From positions 2,528,001-2,592,000 of the forward strand of contig OZ250172.1 in the NCBI GenBank assembly GCA_965237905.1: a stretch of DNA of 64,000 nucleotides. The letters are read 5' to 3'. Of this stretch, positions 39,732 through 49,424 are shown piece by piece. The notes beneath the pieces are model-generated. The model saw only the letters and a program-made list of their open reading frames with translations. It ran no database searches and had not been told where the DNA came from. The translations under genes and the position numbers were made by a program. Each line of letters opens with the position of its first letter. Within the stretch, counting starts at the first letter, position 1. Origin of the DNA: Nitrospinaceae bacterium (GTDB lineage Bacteria; Nitrospinota; Nitrospinia; Nitrospinales; Nitrospinaceae).

Positions 39732-41428
39732 TTCAGACGGCTTTGCATATCCTTTAAAGGCATCAGATCGCCTTTCTTGGAAGCCGCTTCGATGCCCTTT
39801 TTATAAACATCCGCCGCTTCTTCCTTCCGCGAAAGCTTCTCCAGCGTTTTTCCCAGCGCCAGATAGGCCGCCGAGTGATCCCGGTAGTGTTCCACCACCG
39901 TTTTCAGCGGACCCAGGGCTTCCTCATACTTGCCCGTGTCGAGATAGATGGAACCCAAACCGAAGTTAGCCACTTGGTCGACGGGATCGATTTCCAGCAC
40001 CTTGTGGAACATTTCCACCTGCCGTTCCCGCTCCTCTTTTTCCTGCACGGTTTGCTTTGCCCGCGTCTTCTTCGCCTGATTTTCCTCGACCAGTTTTTCG
40101 AACTGGATCGCCGTGGCCTCGCCCTTTTCCATTTCGGCATCTTCAATGCGGCCCTGTTGCATGTAATAAATGGAAAGATTGGTGTGCGCCATGATTTCCT
40201 GCGGATCGATTTCCGCCAGCCGTTTCATCAACGCGATAGCCTCGTCCAGTTTGTTTTGCTTGGACAACATAACCCCCAACGCTTCGTATCCGGGCGCGTA
40301 CTTGGGATCGAGGGCGATGGCTTCGCGCAACAGGGCGATGGGAACGTCCAGGTTCTCCTCCTTTTTGAACCGGGTCAGCGCTTGTTGATGGAGCTGTTTG
40401 GCGCGCTCGGTTTTGCCGGCAGTCTGATAAAACGGGAGCAGGCAGGTGGTGATAGTCGCCGGTGCGTCGTTCAGCGTAACCTCGTAGGTTTGGTCGGGAC
40501 TGCGGAAATCCTTTTGCAGGTAGGCAAGTGCAATCACCTTGCCCAATGAGGGCGAATAAACCGAACTTTTAACCACGCCAATTTTTTTTGTTTTTATTTT
40601 GATGGTGGCATCCATGACAGGTGGCGCATCTCCATCGAGAATGATTCCCATAAGCGCGAACGCCGGTGAACCGTAGGTTTTGATGCGGGCGATCACTTCC
40701 TGTCCGATATAACAACCCTTGTGATAACTGACAGAGGTGTGTTCCAGCCCCGTTTCGGGAAGGATGTGGGTTTTGTCCATGTCCCGGCCGTAAACGGGAA
40801 GGCCCGCTTCGATTCTCAGGGTTTCACGGGCTTCTGTGCCGATCGGAACCAGGCCCACCGATTCGCCCGCTTGATGCAGGGCCTGGAGCAGGTCTGCTTT
40901 GCGGTCGGCGGAACATGCCAGGATATAACCTTCCTCACCGGTCAAGCTTTTACAGATTACCCAGGTTTCTATTCCATCAATGCTGGCCGTGAAAATATCG
41001 TTGGTGTTGTGGAGGCTGACGGCGGACTCGGTCAGGCGTTCCAGCACCACCGGACTTTTCGGGCCCTGTAGAGCCACCAGAAAATTAAAAGGCGTTTCGG
41101 TGTTCCACACCAGATCTTCCCGGAAATGATATTCCTCCAATTGATTGATCAGCGTATCCCGCTGGTGGGTTTCAAGGAGGACAAGCGCCGTGGTGTCCGA
41201 AGTTTTGTGCAGGGAGAAATTGCCCAGCAGGCGCGCTTTGCGGTCGACCAGTGCGTTGCCCAGGCCGGCCCCTATGGCCAGATTGAGAACGTCGTTAGTG
41301 GTCTGGGATTGAAGAAATGAAAAAGTGTCCTTGCCCGCCGCTTCCACCAGACAGAAGTCCTCTAGTAGAAAATAAACACAACCCTCGCGGGCCTGCTGGT
41401 GTTCTTCTGTAAGCGTGGTTACCGTCAT
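39707..41428 (-). CDS. ygfZ: YgfZ/GcvT-family folate-binding protein fused to C-terminal TPRs
   Basis: KGCYIGQE signature, LRIEAG.P; TPR units after ~aa 340. Confidence 0.88.
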   Translation of the reverse strand: MTVTTLTEEHQQAREGCVYFLLEDFCLVEAAGKDTFSFLQSQTTNDVLNLAIGAGLGNALVDRKARLLGNFSLHKTSDTTALVLLETHQRDTLINQLEEYHFREDLVWNTETPFNFLVALQGPKSPVVLERLTESAVSLHNTNDIFTASIDGIETWVICKSLTGEEGYILACSADRKADLLQALHQAGESVGLVPIGTEARETLRIEAGLPVYGRDMDKTHILPETGLEHTSVSYHKGCYIGQEVIARIKTYGSPAFALMGIILDGDAPPVMDATIKIKTKKIGVVKSSVYSPSLGKVIALAYLQKDFRSPDQTYEVTLNDAPATITTCLLPFYQTAGKTERAKQLHQQALTRFKKEENLDVPIALLREAIALDPKYAPGYEALGVMLSKQNKLDEAIALMKRLAEIDPQEIMAHTNLSIYYMQQGRIEDAEMEKGEATAIQFEKLVEENQAKKTRAKQTVQEKEERERQVEMFHKVLEIDPVDQVANFGLGSIYLDTGKYEEALGPLKTVVEHYRDHSAAYLALGKTLEKLSRKEEAADVYKKGIEAASKKGDLMPLKDMQSRLNQILHSDS

Positions 41429-41477
41429 CGGCCAATTTCCATTGGGATAGGGGAGGGTATCTCCCGGTTCAGAAATT

Positions 41478-41511
41478 AAAAAAGCGCACCGGCGAAATCA
41501 CCGGATGCGCT
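41478..41511 (-). terminator. Intrinsic terminator after iscA
   Basis: Minus strand AGCGCATCCGG-TGATTTCG-CCGGTGCGCT followed by TTTTT. Confidence 0.7.
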
Positions 41512-41535
41512 GAAAACGAGTCCAAGGTTTTGGGG

Positions 41536-41877
41536 TCAAGTCAGAGAAAACGACTCTCCACAACCGCAGGTGGACTTGGCGTTGGGGTTGACGAACACAA
41601 ACCCTTTTCCCTGCAGACCTCCCTGATAATCCAACTCCATCCCTTTCAGGTAGATCAGGCTTTTGGGGTCCATGAACACCTGGAATCCCTCGTGATCGAT
41701 CACGGTATCGCCGTCATCTTTCGGGGTGAATCCGAGGTCGTAGGAGAGACCGGAACAGCCGCCCCCCTTGACGCCGAGGCGTAACCCGATGCCGGGTTTG
41801 TTATCCTGCGCGATGAGTTTTTTTACCTCTTCCGAGGCAATGGGCGTAATGGCAACGAATTGTTGTGTATCGGGCAT
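41536..41877 (-). CDS. iscA: A-type Fe-S carrier (IscA/ErpA/HesB family)
   Basis: GGGCSGLSY, LDY, NPNAKSTCGCGESF. Confidence 0.93.
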   Translation of the reverse strand: MPDTQQFVAITPIASEEVKKLIAQDNKPGIGLRLGVKGGGCSGLSYDLGFTPKDDGDTVIDHEGFQVFMDPKSLIYLKGMELDYQGGLQGKGFVFVNPNAKSTCGCGESFSLT

Positions 41878-42160
41878 TGAAGGCTCCCTGCAAATCAATA
41901 AGGTTTAACTGTTATTTAGATACCAAAATGGCCATTTAGTTTCATTATTATACCGGAAATTTTCAGAGTCTGTCAAACATTGTGCCTGTGCCTCTATCTG
42001 GAGGATATCTTATAACTAATTGAAAAATAATGCTTTAGAAATATCCTTCTGGAGGGGGATTGTATGATATATTCCAGAAGAGCCAAAAAAGTTAAAACCT
42101 TTCGGGATCGCTTGAATCTTAATGCTTTGAATTTAAGCTGTCAAAGAGAAAGGTAAGCAA

Positions 42161-42394
42161 ATGATCAGAATTCCGGACTTGATCGAATTGGTCCAAGCGA
42201 AAATTCCTGATGCGGAAGTCAACGCCATGGACAAAACAGGGATGAGCGACCACTTTATTATCCATGTCGTTTCCAAGGAATTTGATGGAAAGAACGTCAT
42301 GGAGCGTCACCGAATGGTTCAGGGTTGCCTGACCGATGCTATGAAAGATGGACGAATCCACGCGGCGGAAATCAAAACGGATGTTCCCGCGTAA
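42161..42394 (+). CDS. bolA: BolA family protein
   Basis: DHF..VVS..F.GK....RHRMV, IHA; adjacent to glutaredoxin. Confidence 0.9.
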   Translation: MIRIPDLIELVQAKIPDAEVNAMDKTGMSDHFIIHVVSKEFDGKNVMERHRMVQGCLTDAMKDGRIHAAEIKTDVPA

Positions 42395-42443
42395 ATAAAA
42401 TAATAACTTAAATCATATACAATGCTTTTTTAAGGAGTTGCCA

Positions 42444-42767
42444 ATGTCTGCCATTGAAGATGAAATCAAAAGTGAAATTGCCGAACATAAAATTATAATT
42501 TATGGGAAAGGCACCAAATCCGCACCGCAATGCGGTTTCACGGTGGAGACCATACAGTTTTTCAACAAGTACGGATATCCCTTCGAAGTGGTCAATTGCC
42601 TCGAAAATATGCAGAAGCGGGAAGCCCTCAGCCAAATGACCAACTGGCCTACGCTTCCGAAAGTATTCATCAACGGGGATTTTTACGGCGATACCGATAT
42701 CCTCGATGAAATGGAAACCAAGGGGGAAGTCGAACCCTTGCTGAAAAAAGCTTTCGGCGACGCGTAA
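42444..42767 (+). CDS. grxD: Monothiol glutaredoxin (Grx4-like)
   Basis: KGT..APQCGFT, NWPTLP.VFING. Confidence 0.88.
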   Translation: MSAIEDEIKSEIAEHKIIIYGKGTKSAPQCGFTVETIQFFNKYGYPFEVVNCLENMQKREALSQMTNWPTLPKVFINGDFYGDTDILDEMETKGEVEPLLKKAFGDA

Positions 42768-42805
42768 GGTACTGCTCCTTTTTAACCTCTTGCAAAGAAG
42801 GTTTT

Positions 42806-43333
42806 ATGGCTGACAAACTGGAAGTGGGGGACCGTGCGCCCAATTTCGAGCTACCCGCGGTGTATGGTTACAAGGCCGGGGCCACCAGCCCCTCCGCTGA
42901 AGAAGGGGTGACCGTCAAACTCAAAGAATTAGAAGGTAAAAATTGGGTTGTCCTCGCCTTTTATGTGTTTGACGCCAGCCCGGAAGATACCCGGTCGATG
43001 GTCTGTTTCAACGAGTGGAACCGCAAGTTTCGCACCAAGGAAGTCGAGCTGTTTGGAATCAGTTGGAACGGCGTACAATCCCACCGCCAGTTCATCGAAA
43101 TTTACCAACTCGGATTTACCCTGCTGGCCGACGAGCATAAAAAAGTCAGTGAACTGTATGGGTTAAATGAGGAGGTGGAAGATTTGGGGCAGATGGTCAA
43201 GCGCATTCACCGGACCACGTTTGTGATCGACAAAACCGGAATGATCCGCGCGATATGGGACAACATCGAAGACCTGCGCGAACATCCCCGGGAAGTCTGG
43301 GAATTCATCCAGAAAGAAAAGGCTGGCAAGTAA
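42806..43333 (+). CDS. Peroxiredoxin (BCP/AhpC-fold)-like protein lacking the peroxidatic Cys
   Basis: VGDRAPNFEL, VVLAFY, GIS, RTTFVIDK.G.IR; SPEDT where TPGCT is expected. Confidence 0.85.
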   Translation: MADKLEVGDRAPNFELPAVYGYKAGATSPSAEEGVTVKLKELEGKNWVVLAFYVFDASPEDTRSMVCFNEWNRKFRTKEVELFGISWNGVQSHRQFIEIYQLGFTLLADEHKKVSELYGLNEEVEDLGQMVKRIHRTTFVIDKTGMIRAIWDNIEDLREHPREVWEFIQKEKAGK

Positions 43334-43351
43334 CCGGACCCGGTTTGTGAG

Positions 43352-44170
43352 TTATCCCGCCTGGCAAGTATTCTCACTTTCCCCTTGCCGAGTTTGATGG
43401 CTCTCGTAATTTTTGCAGATAATATCGCGAAGGGCGCGGAGCACGTTTTCTTCCTTGTCGTCCATAACCGCCTGGCTGGATATGGGCGGTGAGATGATGA
43501 TTTGAATCCGTCCGGGTCTGATAATCCCACTGCCTTTTTTAATGATGCTCCCCGTTCCCAATAGGGTGACCGGTACCAGTGGCGCGCCGGACCGAACCGA
43601 AAGCAAGAGACTGCCTTTTTTAAACGGGCCGATTGTGCCATCCTCTGACCGCGTTCCTTCCGGAAAAATCACGATGGAATTTCCCGCCTTTAATTTTTCA
43701 ATCGTTGCCAGAAAAGCCTGATAGGATTTTTTGCGGTTGCTCCGGTCCACGGGGATGTAACCCGATGCCGCTATCGACCACCCCACGAAAGGAATTTTAA
43801 ACAAACTGGATTTGGCCATCCATCGAATCTGCACCGGCAAAAACCCGGAGAGGGCGAAGATGTCGAAAAAGCCCTGGTGGTTGGCGATAAAAATCTGAGC
43901 CTGATCCTGTCTGATATGTTCCAGGCCTTCAACATCCACCTTGATTCCGTTGAAGACGCACAGCCAGCGTCCCCATAAGCTGGAAACTTTGTGCGAGAGA
44001 TTGTTCGAGGAATCAAACAACCGTGCCAGAACCGCCAGCGTTCCCAATACAATCGAAAGAAGGATGATGACGATCCAAAACTTGGTGGTATGATAGGCCG
44101 CTTTGATCATTTTATGTCGGGGAAACAGAGTTGTCCGATATGTGACAGGGTTCGTCTTGTCGAGTGCCAT
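43352..44170 (-). CDS. plsC: 1-acyl-sn-glycerol-3-phosphate acyltransferase
   Basis: NHQGFFD, FPEGTRS, PFKKG. Confidence 0.92.
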   Translation of the reverse strand: MALDKTNPVTYRTTLFPRHKMIKAAYHTTKFWIVIILLSIVLGTLAVLARLFDSSNNLSHKVSSLWGRWLCVFNGIKVDVEGLEHIRQDQAQIFIANHQGFFDIFALSGFLPVQIRWMAKSSLFKIPFVGWSIAASGYIPVDRSNRKKSYQAFLATIEKLKAGNSIVIFPEGTRSEDGTIGPFKKGSLLLSVRSGAPLVPVTLLGTGSIIKKGSGIIRPGRIQIIISPPISSQAVMDDKEENVLRALRDIICKNYESHQTRQGESENTCQAG

Positions 44171-44414
44171 CCCCTTGCAGGAAGGGTTGGTCTGGGGTCC
44201 GGCGGGTCATCATACTGTCGGTACTATTGCGGAAATGAATCTGGATCCCCCAAGTCCTGAAAACCATTCGAACGGAGTTTAACATAAATCATCTGGCAAA
44301 TGTCGCCACCTGAGCCGATACAATCAAGAGAAACGACTCCAAGCCGGATGTTTTACATTTGGCGGGAATGCTCAACCGGTTATTGAAAAACTAAATCAAC
44401 TTGGAAAGGGAATC

Positions 44415-45131
44415 ATGACGGAAGCCAGTCCTCTTTATTTCAAACAACTGTTGTGCGGGGTGGACGTGGGCCAGACCGATGCCTCGGCCCGCTCCATGGC
44501 CAATTTTATTTACCTGATCGGCGACCGGGAAACGCGGGAGTGCGTGGTGGTGGACCCCGCCTGGGATGTCGAAGGCCTCCTGAAAATCATCGAGGCGGAA
44601 GGGATGAAGCTCACCGGGGTACTGGTGACGCACTATCATCCGGATCATGTCGGCGGACAAATCTTCGGCATGGACATCCTGGGCCTGCCGCAATTGATGG
44701 AAACCCATCCGGTTCCCATTTATGTGAATAAACACGAGGCGGATGGCTTGCGCCAGGTCACAGGCGTTTCGCTTTCGGATATGAAACAGGTGGATAGTGA
44801 AGAGCGGATGAAAGTGGGTTCCGTCGATATTTCGTTTTTGCACACGCCCGGCCACACGCCGGGTTCCCAATGTTTCCGGGTCGAGGATTATCTGGTGGCG
44901 GGCGATACGCTGTTTCTGCAGGGATGCGGGCGGGTGGACTTGCCGGGGGGCAATAGCGAGGAAATGTACCATACCTTGACCCGTCGCCTGGCTAAAATTC
45001 AAGATGAAATTATTCTGTACCCCGGCCACAACTACGGCGGTAACGGCTCGGCTCCCCTGGGTGAAGTCCGCGAATCCAATTCCTATCTGCAGATCAACAG
45101 TCTGGCAGAATGGCGCATGATGATGGGGTGA
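44415..45131 (+). CDS. MBL-fold metallo-hydrolase (glyoxalase II-like)
   Basis: THYHPDHVGG, TPGHTPGS, GDTLF, GCGR.D, PGHNY. Confidence 0.9.
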   Translation: MTEASPLYFKQLLCGVDVGQTDASARSMANFIYLIGDRETRECVVVDPAWDVEGLLKIIEAEGMKLTGVLVTHYHPDHVGGQIFGMDILGLPQLMETHPVPIYVNKHEADGLRQVTGVSLSDMKQVDSEERMKVGSVDISFLHTPGHTPGSQCFRVEDYLVAGDTLFLQGCGRVDLPGGNSEEMYHTLTRRLAKIQDEIILYPGHNYGGNGSAPLGEVRESNSYLQINSLAEWRMMMG

Positions 45132-45324
45132 AACGCTCGCTTATAAGGCCGTTCCGAGGTTTGTTAGAAATTGGTTTGATGGATTGATTTGACCCCTGCA
45201 TCATGTTAAAAGACATCCATAAACTCTTCCTGACACTTGGTGGGAAGGTGACGGGATGTTGGAATGACCTGAAGTCAAACCCTTATCAAGGTTATTATCC
45301 CTTAATACATTTGAAGGAAAAACT

Positions 45325-45996
45325 ATGAGATCCATTTTTTCAATGTTCGCTAAGTCGCCGTTTAAACCTTTGGCGAGCCATATGGACAAGGTGCAGGCCT
45401 GTGTGGACCAGATCAAGCCGTTATTTGCCGCCCAACTTGCAGGGGATTACGACCAGGTTCAGAAAATTTCAGAAAAAATTATCCAGTTGGAATACGAGGC
45501 GGACAAGATCAAGAATGATATTCGTGATCATTTACCGCAAAGTATGTTTCTGGCTGTCGACAAACGCGATTTCACTCAATTGCTATCGGCGCAAGATGAT
45601 ATTGCCGACTCCACCGAAGACCTGGCGGTCATTCTCCGCATCCGTCATTTGGCGAATCCTCCGGAACTCAAGGACCCCTTGAACGAACTGGTCGATCATA
45701 TAGTGATGAGCGCTTACAGTGCTTGCGACTTGATCCGTGAGCTTGAAAATCTTTTGGAAGCTTCCTTTGGAGGGGCTGAGGCCGAAAAGGTGGAAAAGGC
45801 CTGTCATCAATTGGCGACTTACGAATGGGAGGCGGATAAAAAACAGTTTATCCTCGCCCAAAAATTGTTTGCGCTGGATGAGTCCCTGTCCGCTGCCGAC
45901 TTGTTGCTTTGGAATGAAGTGAGTAAAAAATTGGGTGCTGTGGCTGACAAGTCGGAACAAATTGGGAAAACCTTGAGAATTTTTCTTGCCAAATAA
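45325..45996 (+). CDS. DUF47/TIGR00153 phosphate transport regulator
   Basis: SPFKPL..HM, E..AD.IK..IR, QD.IAD; upstream of a Pit gene. Confidence 0.9.
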   Translation: MRSIFSMFAKSPFKPLASHMDKVQACVDQIKPLFAAQLAGDYDQVQKISEKIIQLEYEADKIKNDIRDHLPQSMFLAVDKRDFTQLLSAQDDIADSTEDLAVILRIRHLANPPELKDPLNELVDHIVMSAYSACDLIRELENLLEASFGGAEAEKVEKACHQLATYEWEADKKQFILAQKLFALDESLSAADLLLWNEVSKKLGAVADKSEQIGKTLRIFLAK

Positions 45997-46033
45997 ATAA
46001 CCCCGTCTTTCTGAATTTTTCCTGGAGCTTCTT

Positions 46034-47284
46034 TTGGATTTAGAGACCATCCTTCTCTGGTTTGGTATCCTCGCCTGTGTCTACATGGCCTGTAACATTG
46101 GTGCCAATGATGTAGCTAATGCCATGGGCACCAGCGTCGGCGCCAAAAGCCTCACCTTTCGACAGGCCGTTCTTGTTGCCGCGGTGGCCGAATTTGCCGG
46201 AGCGGTATTCGTTGGTGGCCATGTTTCTGATACCGTGCGCAAGGGCATGATCGACCCCAATCTGTTTGGCGATATGCCGATGCATCTGGTTTACGGAATG
46301 ATTTCGGCATTGGTCGCGGCTTCAATCTGGTTGCATATAGCCAGTTCCCTGGGTTGGCCGGTTTCCACGACCCATTCCATTGTCGGTGCCGTGGTCGGGT
46401 TCGGCTTTATCGCAGGAGGAGCTGAAGCCGTCAACTGGGGCAAGGTGGGGTCCGTTGTCATGAGTTGGATTGTGTCCCCGTTGATGGGCGGATTGGTAGC
46501 CTATGGGGTATTCCGGTTGATCACGGTGCATATTTTTGATAAACGCGACCCGGTGGCCCAGTCGAAAAAGCTGGTGCCCTATATGGTATTCGTGGTGTTT
46601 GTGATCCTCGCTATTTCCATGGTGTACAAGGGACTCAAAAACCTGAAACTGAATCTGGATTTCCAGAATGCTATGATCATCTCGCTGATTGTCGGGGCCA
46701 TTGCGTTTGTTATTGCCAAAATCCTGGTGCAGAAAGTTAAAGCAGTTCCTCCCTCCGATTTGACCCAGCAGTTTCTTTCCACCGAGCATATATTCAAGTT
46801 TCTTCAGGTGATCACAGCCTTTTACGTGGCTTTCGCTCATGGTGCCAATGATGTGGCCAATGCGGTGGGCCCGCTGGCCGCAGTGGTTTCCATTTTGAAT
46901 ACGGGAAGTGTTGAAATGAAAGTGCAAATGCCGCTTTGGATACTGACCATGGGGGCTACCTGTATCGTGATCGGGCTGTTGATTTGGGGAATGCGCGTCA
47001 TGGAAACGGTGGGTAAGAAGATCACCGAAATCACCCCATCCCGTGGTTTCTCGGCAGAGTTCGCCGCCGCCACGGTAGTTTTGGCATGTTCTAAAATGGG
47101 CCTGCCGATCTCCACGACTCATACCCTGGTTGGCTCGGTGATTGGGGTGGGAATGGCCCGCGGGTTGGCCAGTTTGAATGTCGGTATCATTAAAAAGATC
47201 GTCATTTCCTGGTTTGCCACCGTTCCCTTCACCGCCGTTCTGGCCATGTTGTTTTATAAAGCATTCACTCTTTTTCTTCCCTGA
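46034..47284 (+). CDS. Inorganic phosphate transporter (PiT family)
   Basis: GANDVANAMG, PVSTTHSIVG, HGANDVANAVGP, PISTTH. Confidence 0.95.
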   Translation: MDLETILLWFGILACVYMACNIGANDVANAMGTSVGAKSLTFRQAVLVAAVAEFAGAVFVGGHVSDTVRKGMIDPNLFGDMPMHLVYGMISALVAASIWLHIASSLGWPVSTTHSIVGAVVGFGFIAGGAEAVNWGKVGSVVMSWIVSPLMGGLVAYGVFRLITVHIFDKRDPVAQSKKLVPYMVFVVFVILAISMVYKGLKNLKLNLDFQNAMIISLIVGAIAFVIAKILVQKVKAVPPSDLTQQFLSTEHIFKFLQVITAFYVAFAHGANDVANAVGPLAAVVSILNTGSVEMKVQMPLWILTMGATCIVIGLLIWGMRVMETVGKKITEITPSRGFSAEFAAATVVLACSKMGLPISTTHTLVGSVIGVGMARGLASLNVGIIKKIVISWFATVPFTAVLAMLFYKAFTLFLP

Positions 47285-47450
47285 ACACCCTTCCCCGGAA
47301 TAAAATTCTCATTTTGGTTGGATGAACCCCTGCCGTCGTCCTGTTCGTGGACAGTGGTATAATGCCGTTGCAGTTCGAACCTTGAAATTCGTGAAGCCTC
47401 CGGGTGGAATAATCCGGAGTATTTTTCCATCTTATACGATAGAGAATGCG

Positions 47451-48248
47451 ATGAAAGCAGCGGGACAGCTCCGTAAAATGACCCATGAAGATGCGGACCC
47501 TATCGAATATTTCCTGAACCTGGATGAAAAACCGGTGCCGGTTAATTCGGCGGTCGGTCGGGACGTGTCTTTAAAATTCTTAAATAAGATCACCTGTATT
47601 GAGTGCGGTCGATCGATCAAAAAAACCTACGATCAGGGATATTGTTTTCCGTGCGCCCGTGACCTTCCGGAAAACGCCATGTGCGCGGTCCGGCCGGAAA
47701 AGTGTGAACATGAATTTGGCAACGAACAGGATCGGGAGTTTTTCAAGAAGTATTGCAAAGTCGATCATCTGGTTTACCTGTCGTTGACGTCCGGGGTCAA
47801 AGTGGGTGTGACTCGGAATTGGAATATTCCTTCACGCTGGATTGACCAGGGAGCGGTGCAGGGTTTGGTGATTGCCCGCACCCCGGAGCGAAAATTATCC
47901 GGCTTGATCGAAGTGGCTTTGGCTGAGCATATGGCGGACAAAACCAACTGGCGAAAAATGCTCAAGGGAGAAGTGGAATCGGTAGATTTGCAGGAACATC
48001 GACAAAAGGTCGGAGAGTGGTTTCCAAAAGACCTGAAGCAGTATTTTTTGGAAGATGAAGACGTGCAGGAACTGCATTACCCGATAGAGGCCGTTCCTCC
48101 GAAAATAGTCAGCCATAATCTGGACAAGGAGCCTCAGTTCCGTGACCGGTTGACCGGTATCAAAGGGCAGTATTTGATTTTTGAACGCCGGGTGATCAAT
48201 CTTAGAAAGTATGCCGGGTACCATGTGGAGTTTGAAACATTTGATTAA
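47451..48248 (+). CDS. DUF2797 family protein
   Basis: CIECGR...QGYCFPC, H.VYL, KVGVTR, RWIDQGA, DKTNWRKML, GIKGQYL. Confidence 0.88.
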   Translation: MKAAGQLRKMTHEDADPIEYFLNLDEKPVPVNSAVGRDVSLKFLNKITCIECGRSIKKTYDQGYCFPCARDLPENAMCAVRPEKCEHEFGNEQDREFFKKYCKVDHLVYLSLTSGVKVGVTRNWNIPSRWIDQGAVQGLVIARTPERKLSGLIEVALAEHMADKTNWRKMLKGEVESVDLQEHRQKVGEWFPKDLKQYFLEDEDVQELHYPIEAVPPKIVSHNLDKEPQFRDRLTGIKGQYLIFERRVINLRKYAGYHVEFETFD

Positions 48249-48304
48249 AATTAGTTTGGGGTGGAGGGGGTCCAGTGGAATTACGTATTGACCTACAGAA
48301 AGAG

Positions 48305-48349
48305 AAAAAGCCAGGAGGATTGACTGATGACAATCTTCCTGGCTTTTTT
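48305..48349. terminator. Bidirectional intrinsic terminator
   Basis: AAAAAGCCAGGAGGATTG-loop-CAATCTTCCTGGCTTTTTT between convergent genes. Confidence 0.85.
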
Positions 48350-49235
48350 ATGCGGCTTTTTTGATGACCTTGCCGGTAAAATATTGGCCGGAACCATCGG
48401 GTTCTATAGTGGCCACTTGGAGATCGGTCGCCAACCCCAGTGCCTTGAGTCCGCAAATGACCATCCAGGTGGTGTCTATTTCCCAGGGCCGCAATCCATG
48501 GCGTGCCGATTTCGGAAGGGCGTGATGATTGTTGTGCCAGCCTTCGCCCCAGGCGATAATACCGACCCACCAGCAATTGGTCGACAGATCGCCGGTTTTA
48601 AAGTTTTGATATCCCCATTTGTGGGCGGCGCTGTTGACCGACATGGTCTGCTGGTAAACGACGGCGAGGCGGACGAAAATGCCCCAAACCACCCAGGGAA
48701 TTCCACCCATCAGGTAAAGGACCACTCCGAGCATGGCTTGAACGAGAATCATATTATTGCTCAGGAACTGATAAAATTTATCGTTGGAGAAATCCCTGGT
48801 GTATTCAAGGAGTTTCCGCTTATCATCAAAATCATGGGTCTTGTAAAACGTCCAACCCAGATGAGACCACCAGAATCCCTTGCTGGCATTATAGGGGTCT
48901 TTATCGGTATCGGAGTTGGCATGATGCATTCTGTGTTGACCCACCCAGGTAATGGGAGAAGCCTGCATGGCCAGGGTTCCCATCAGAACGAAAAAGTTGG
49001 CCAGCCATTTGGGCAGTTCAAAACTTCTGTGGGTCAGGTAACGATGAAAACCCAGGCAAATTCCCAGTGACCCGGTCATCCACACCAGGAGTAACATGAC
49101 TCCTACCGCACTCCACGAAAAAGTGTATTCGGGCAGAAAAACTGCTGTCAGGGCAACGAGATGAATGACGACGAAGCCGATAACATTCGAAAAAGCCATC
49201 TGATGTTTTTGTGGTAGTGACTTAATTTGACCCAT
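48348..49235 (-). CDS. Delta-9 fatty acid (acyl-CoA/acyl-lipid) desaturase
   Basis: His boxes HRYLTH, HRMHH, GEGWHNNHH. Confidence 0.95.
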   Translation of the reverse strand: MGQIKSLPQKHQMAFSNVIGFVVIHLVALTAVFLPEYTFSWSAVGVMLLLVWMTGSLGICLGFHRYLTHRSFELPKWLANFFVLMGTLAMQASPITWVGQHRMHHANSDTDKDPYNASKGFWWSHLGWTFYKTHDFDDKRKLLEYTRDFSNDKFYQFLSNNMILVQAMLGVVLYLMGGIPWVVWGIFVRLAVVYQQTMSVNSAAHKWGYQNFKTGDLSTNCWWVGIIAWGEGWHNNHHALPKSARHGLRPWEIDTTWMVICGLKALGLATDLQVATIEPDGSGQYFTGKVIKKAA

Positions 49236-49424
49236 GGGGTACCTTCCTTTTAAATCATTTAATAAATTGATACTCTATATCTGGTATTAGGATACATATA
49301 CTTTGTGTTTCCTCATGTAAAACTTATGTAACATTATGAGGGTGAGAAGCCATGTTTAAAGCTTATTTTTCAATGATTTGTGGTGTAAAATGAGTGTCAG
49401 GGAACGCTGTCTGAGGGATAAGCC

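Noticed and set aside
42970..43000. Selenocysteine at the peroxiredoxin active site
   Set aside because: The codon is GAT (Asp) and there is no in-frame TGA
45180..45324. Pho box upstream of DUF47-Pit
   Set aside because: No convincing 11-bp-period direct repeat found
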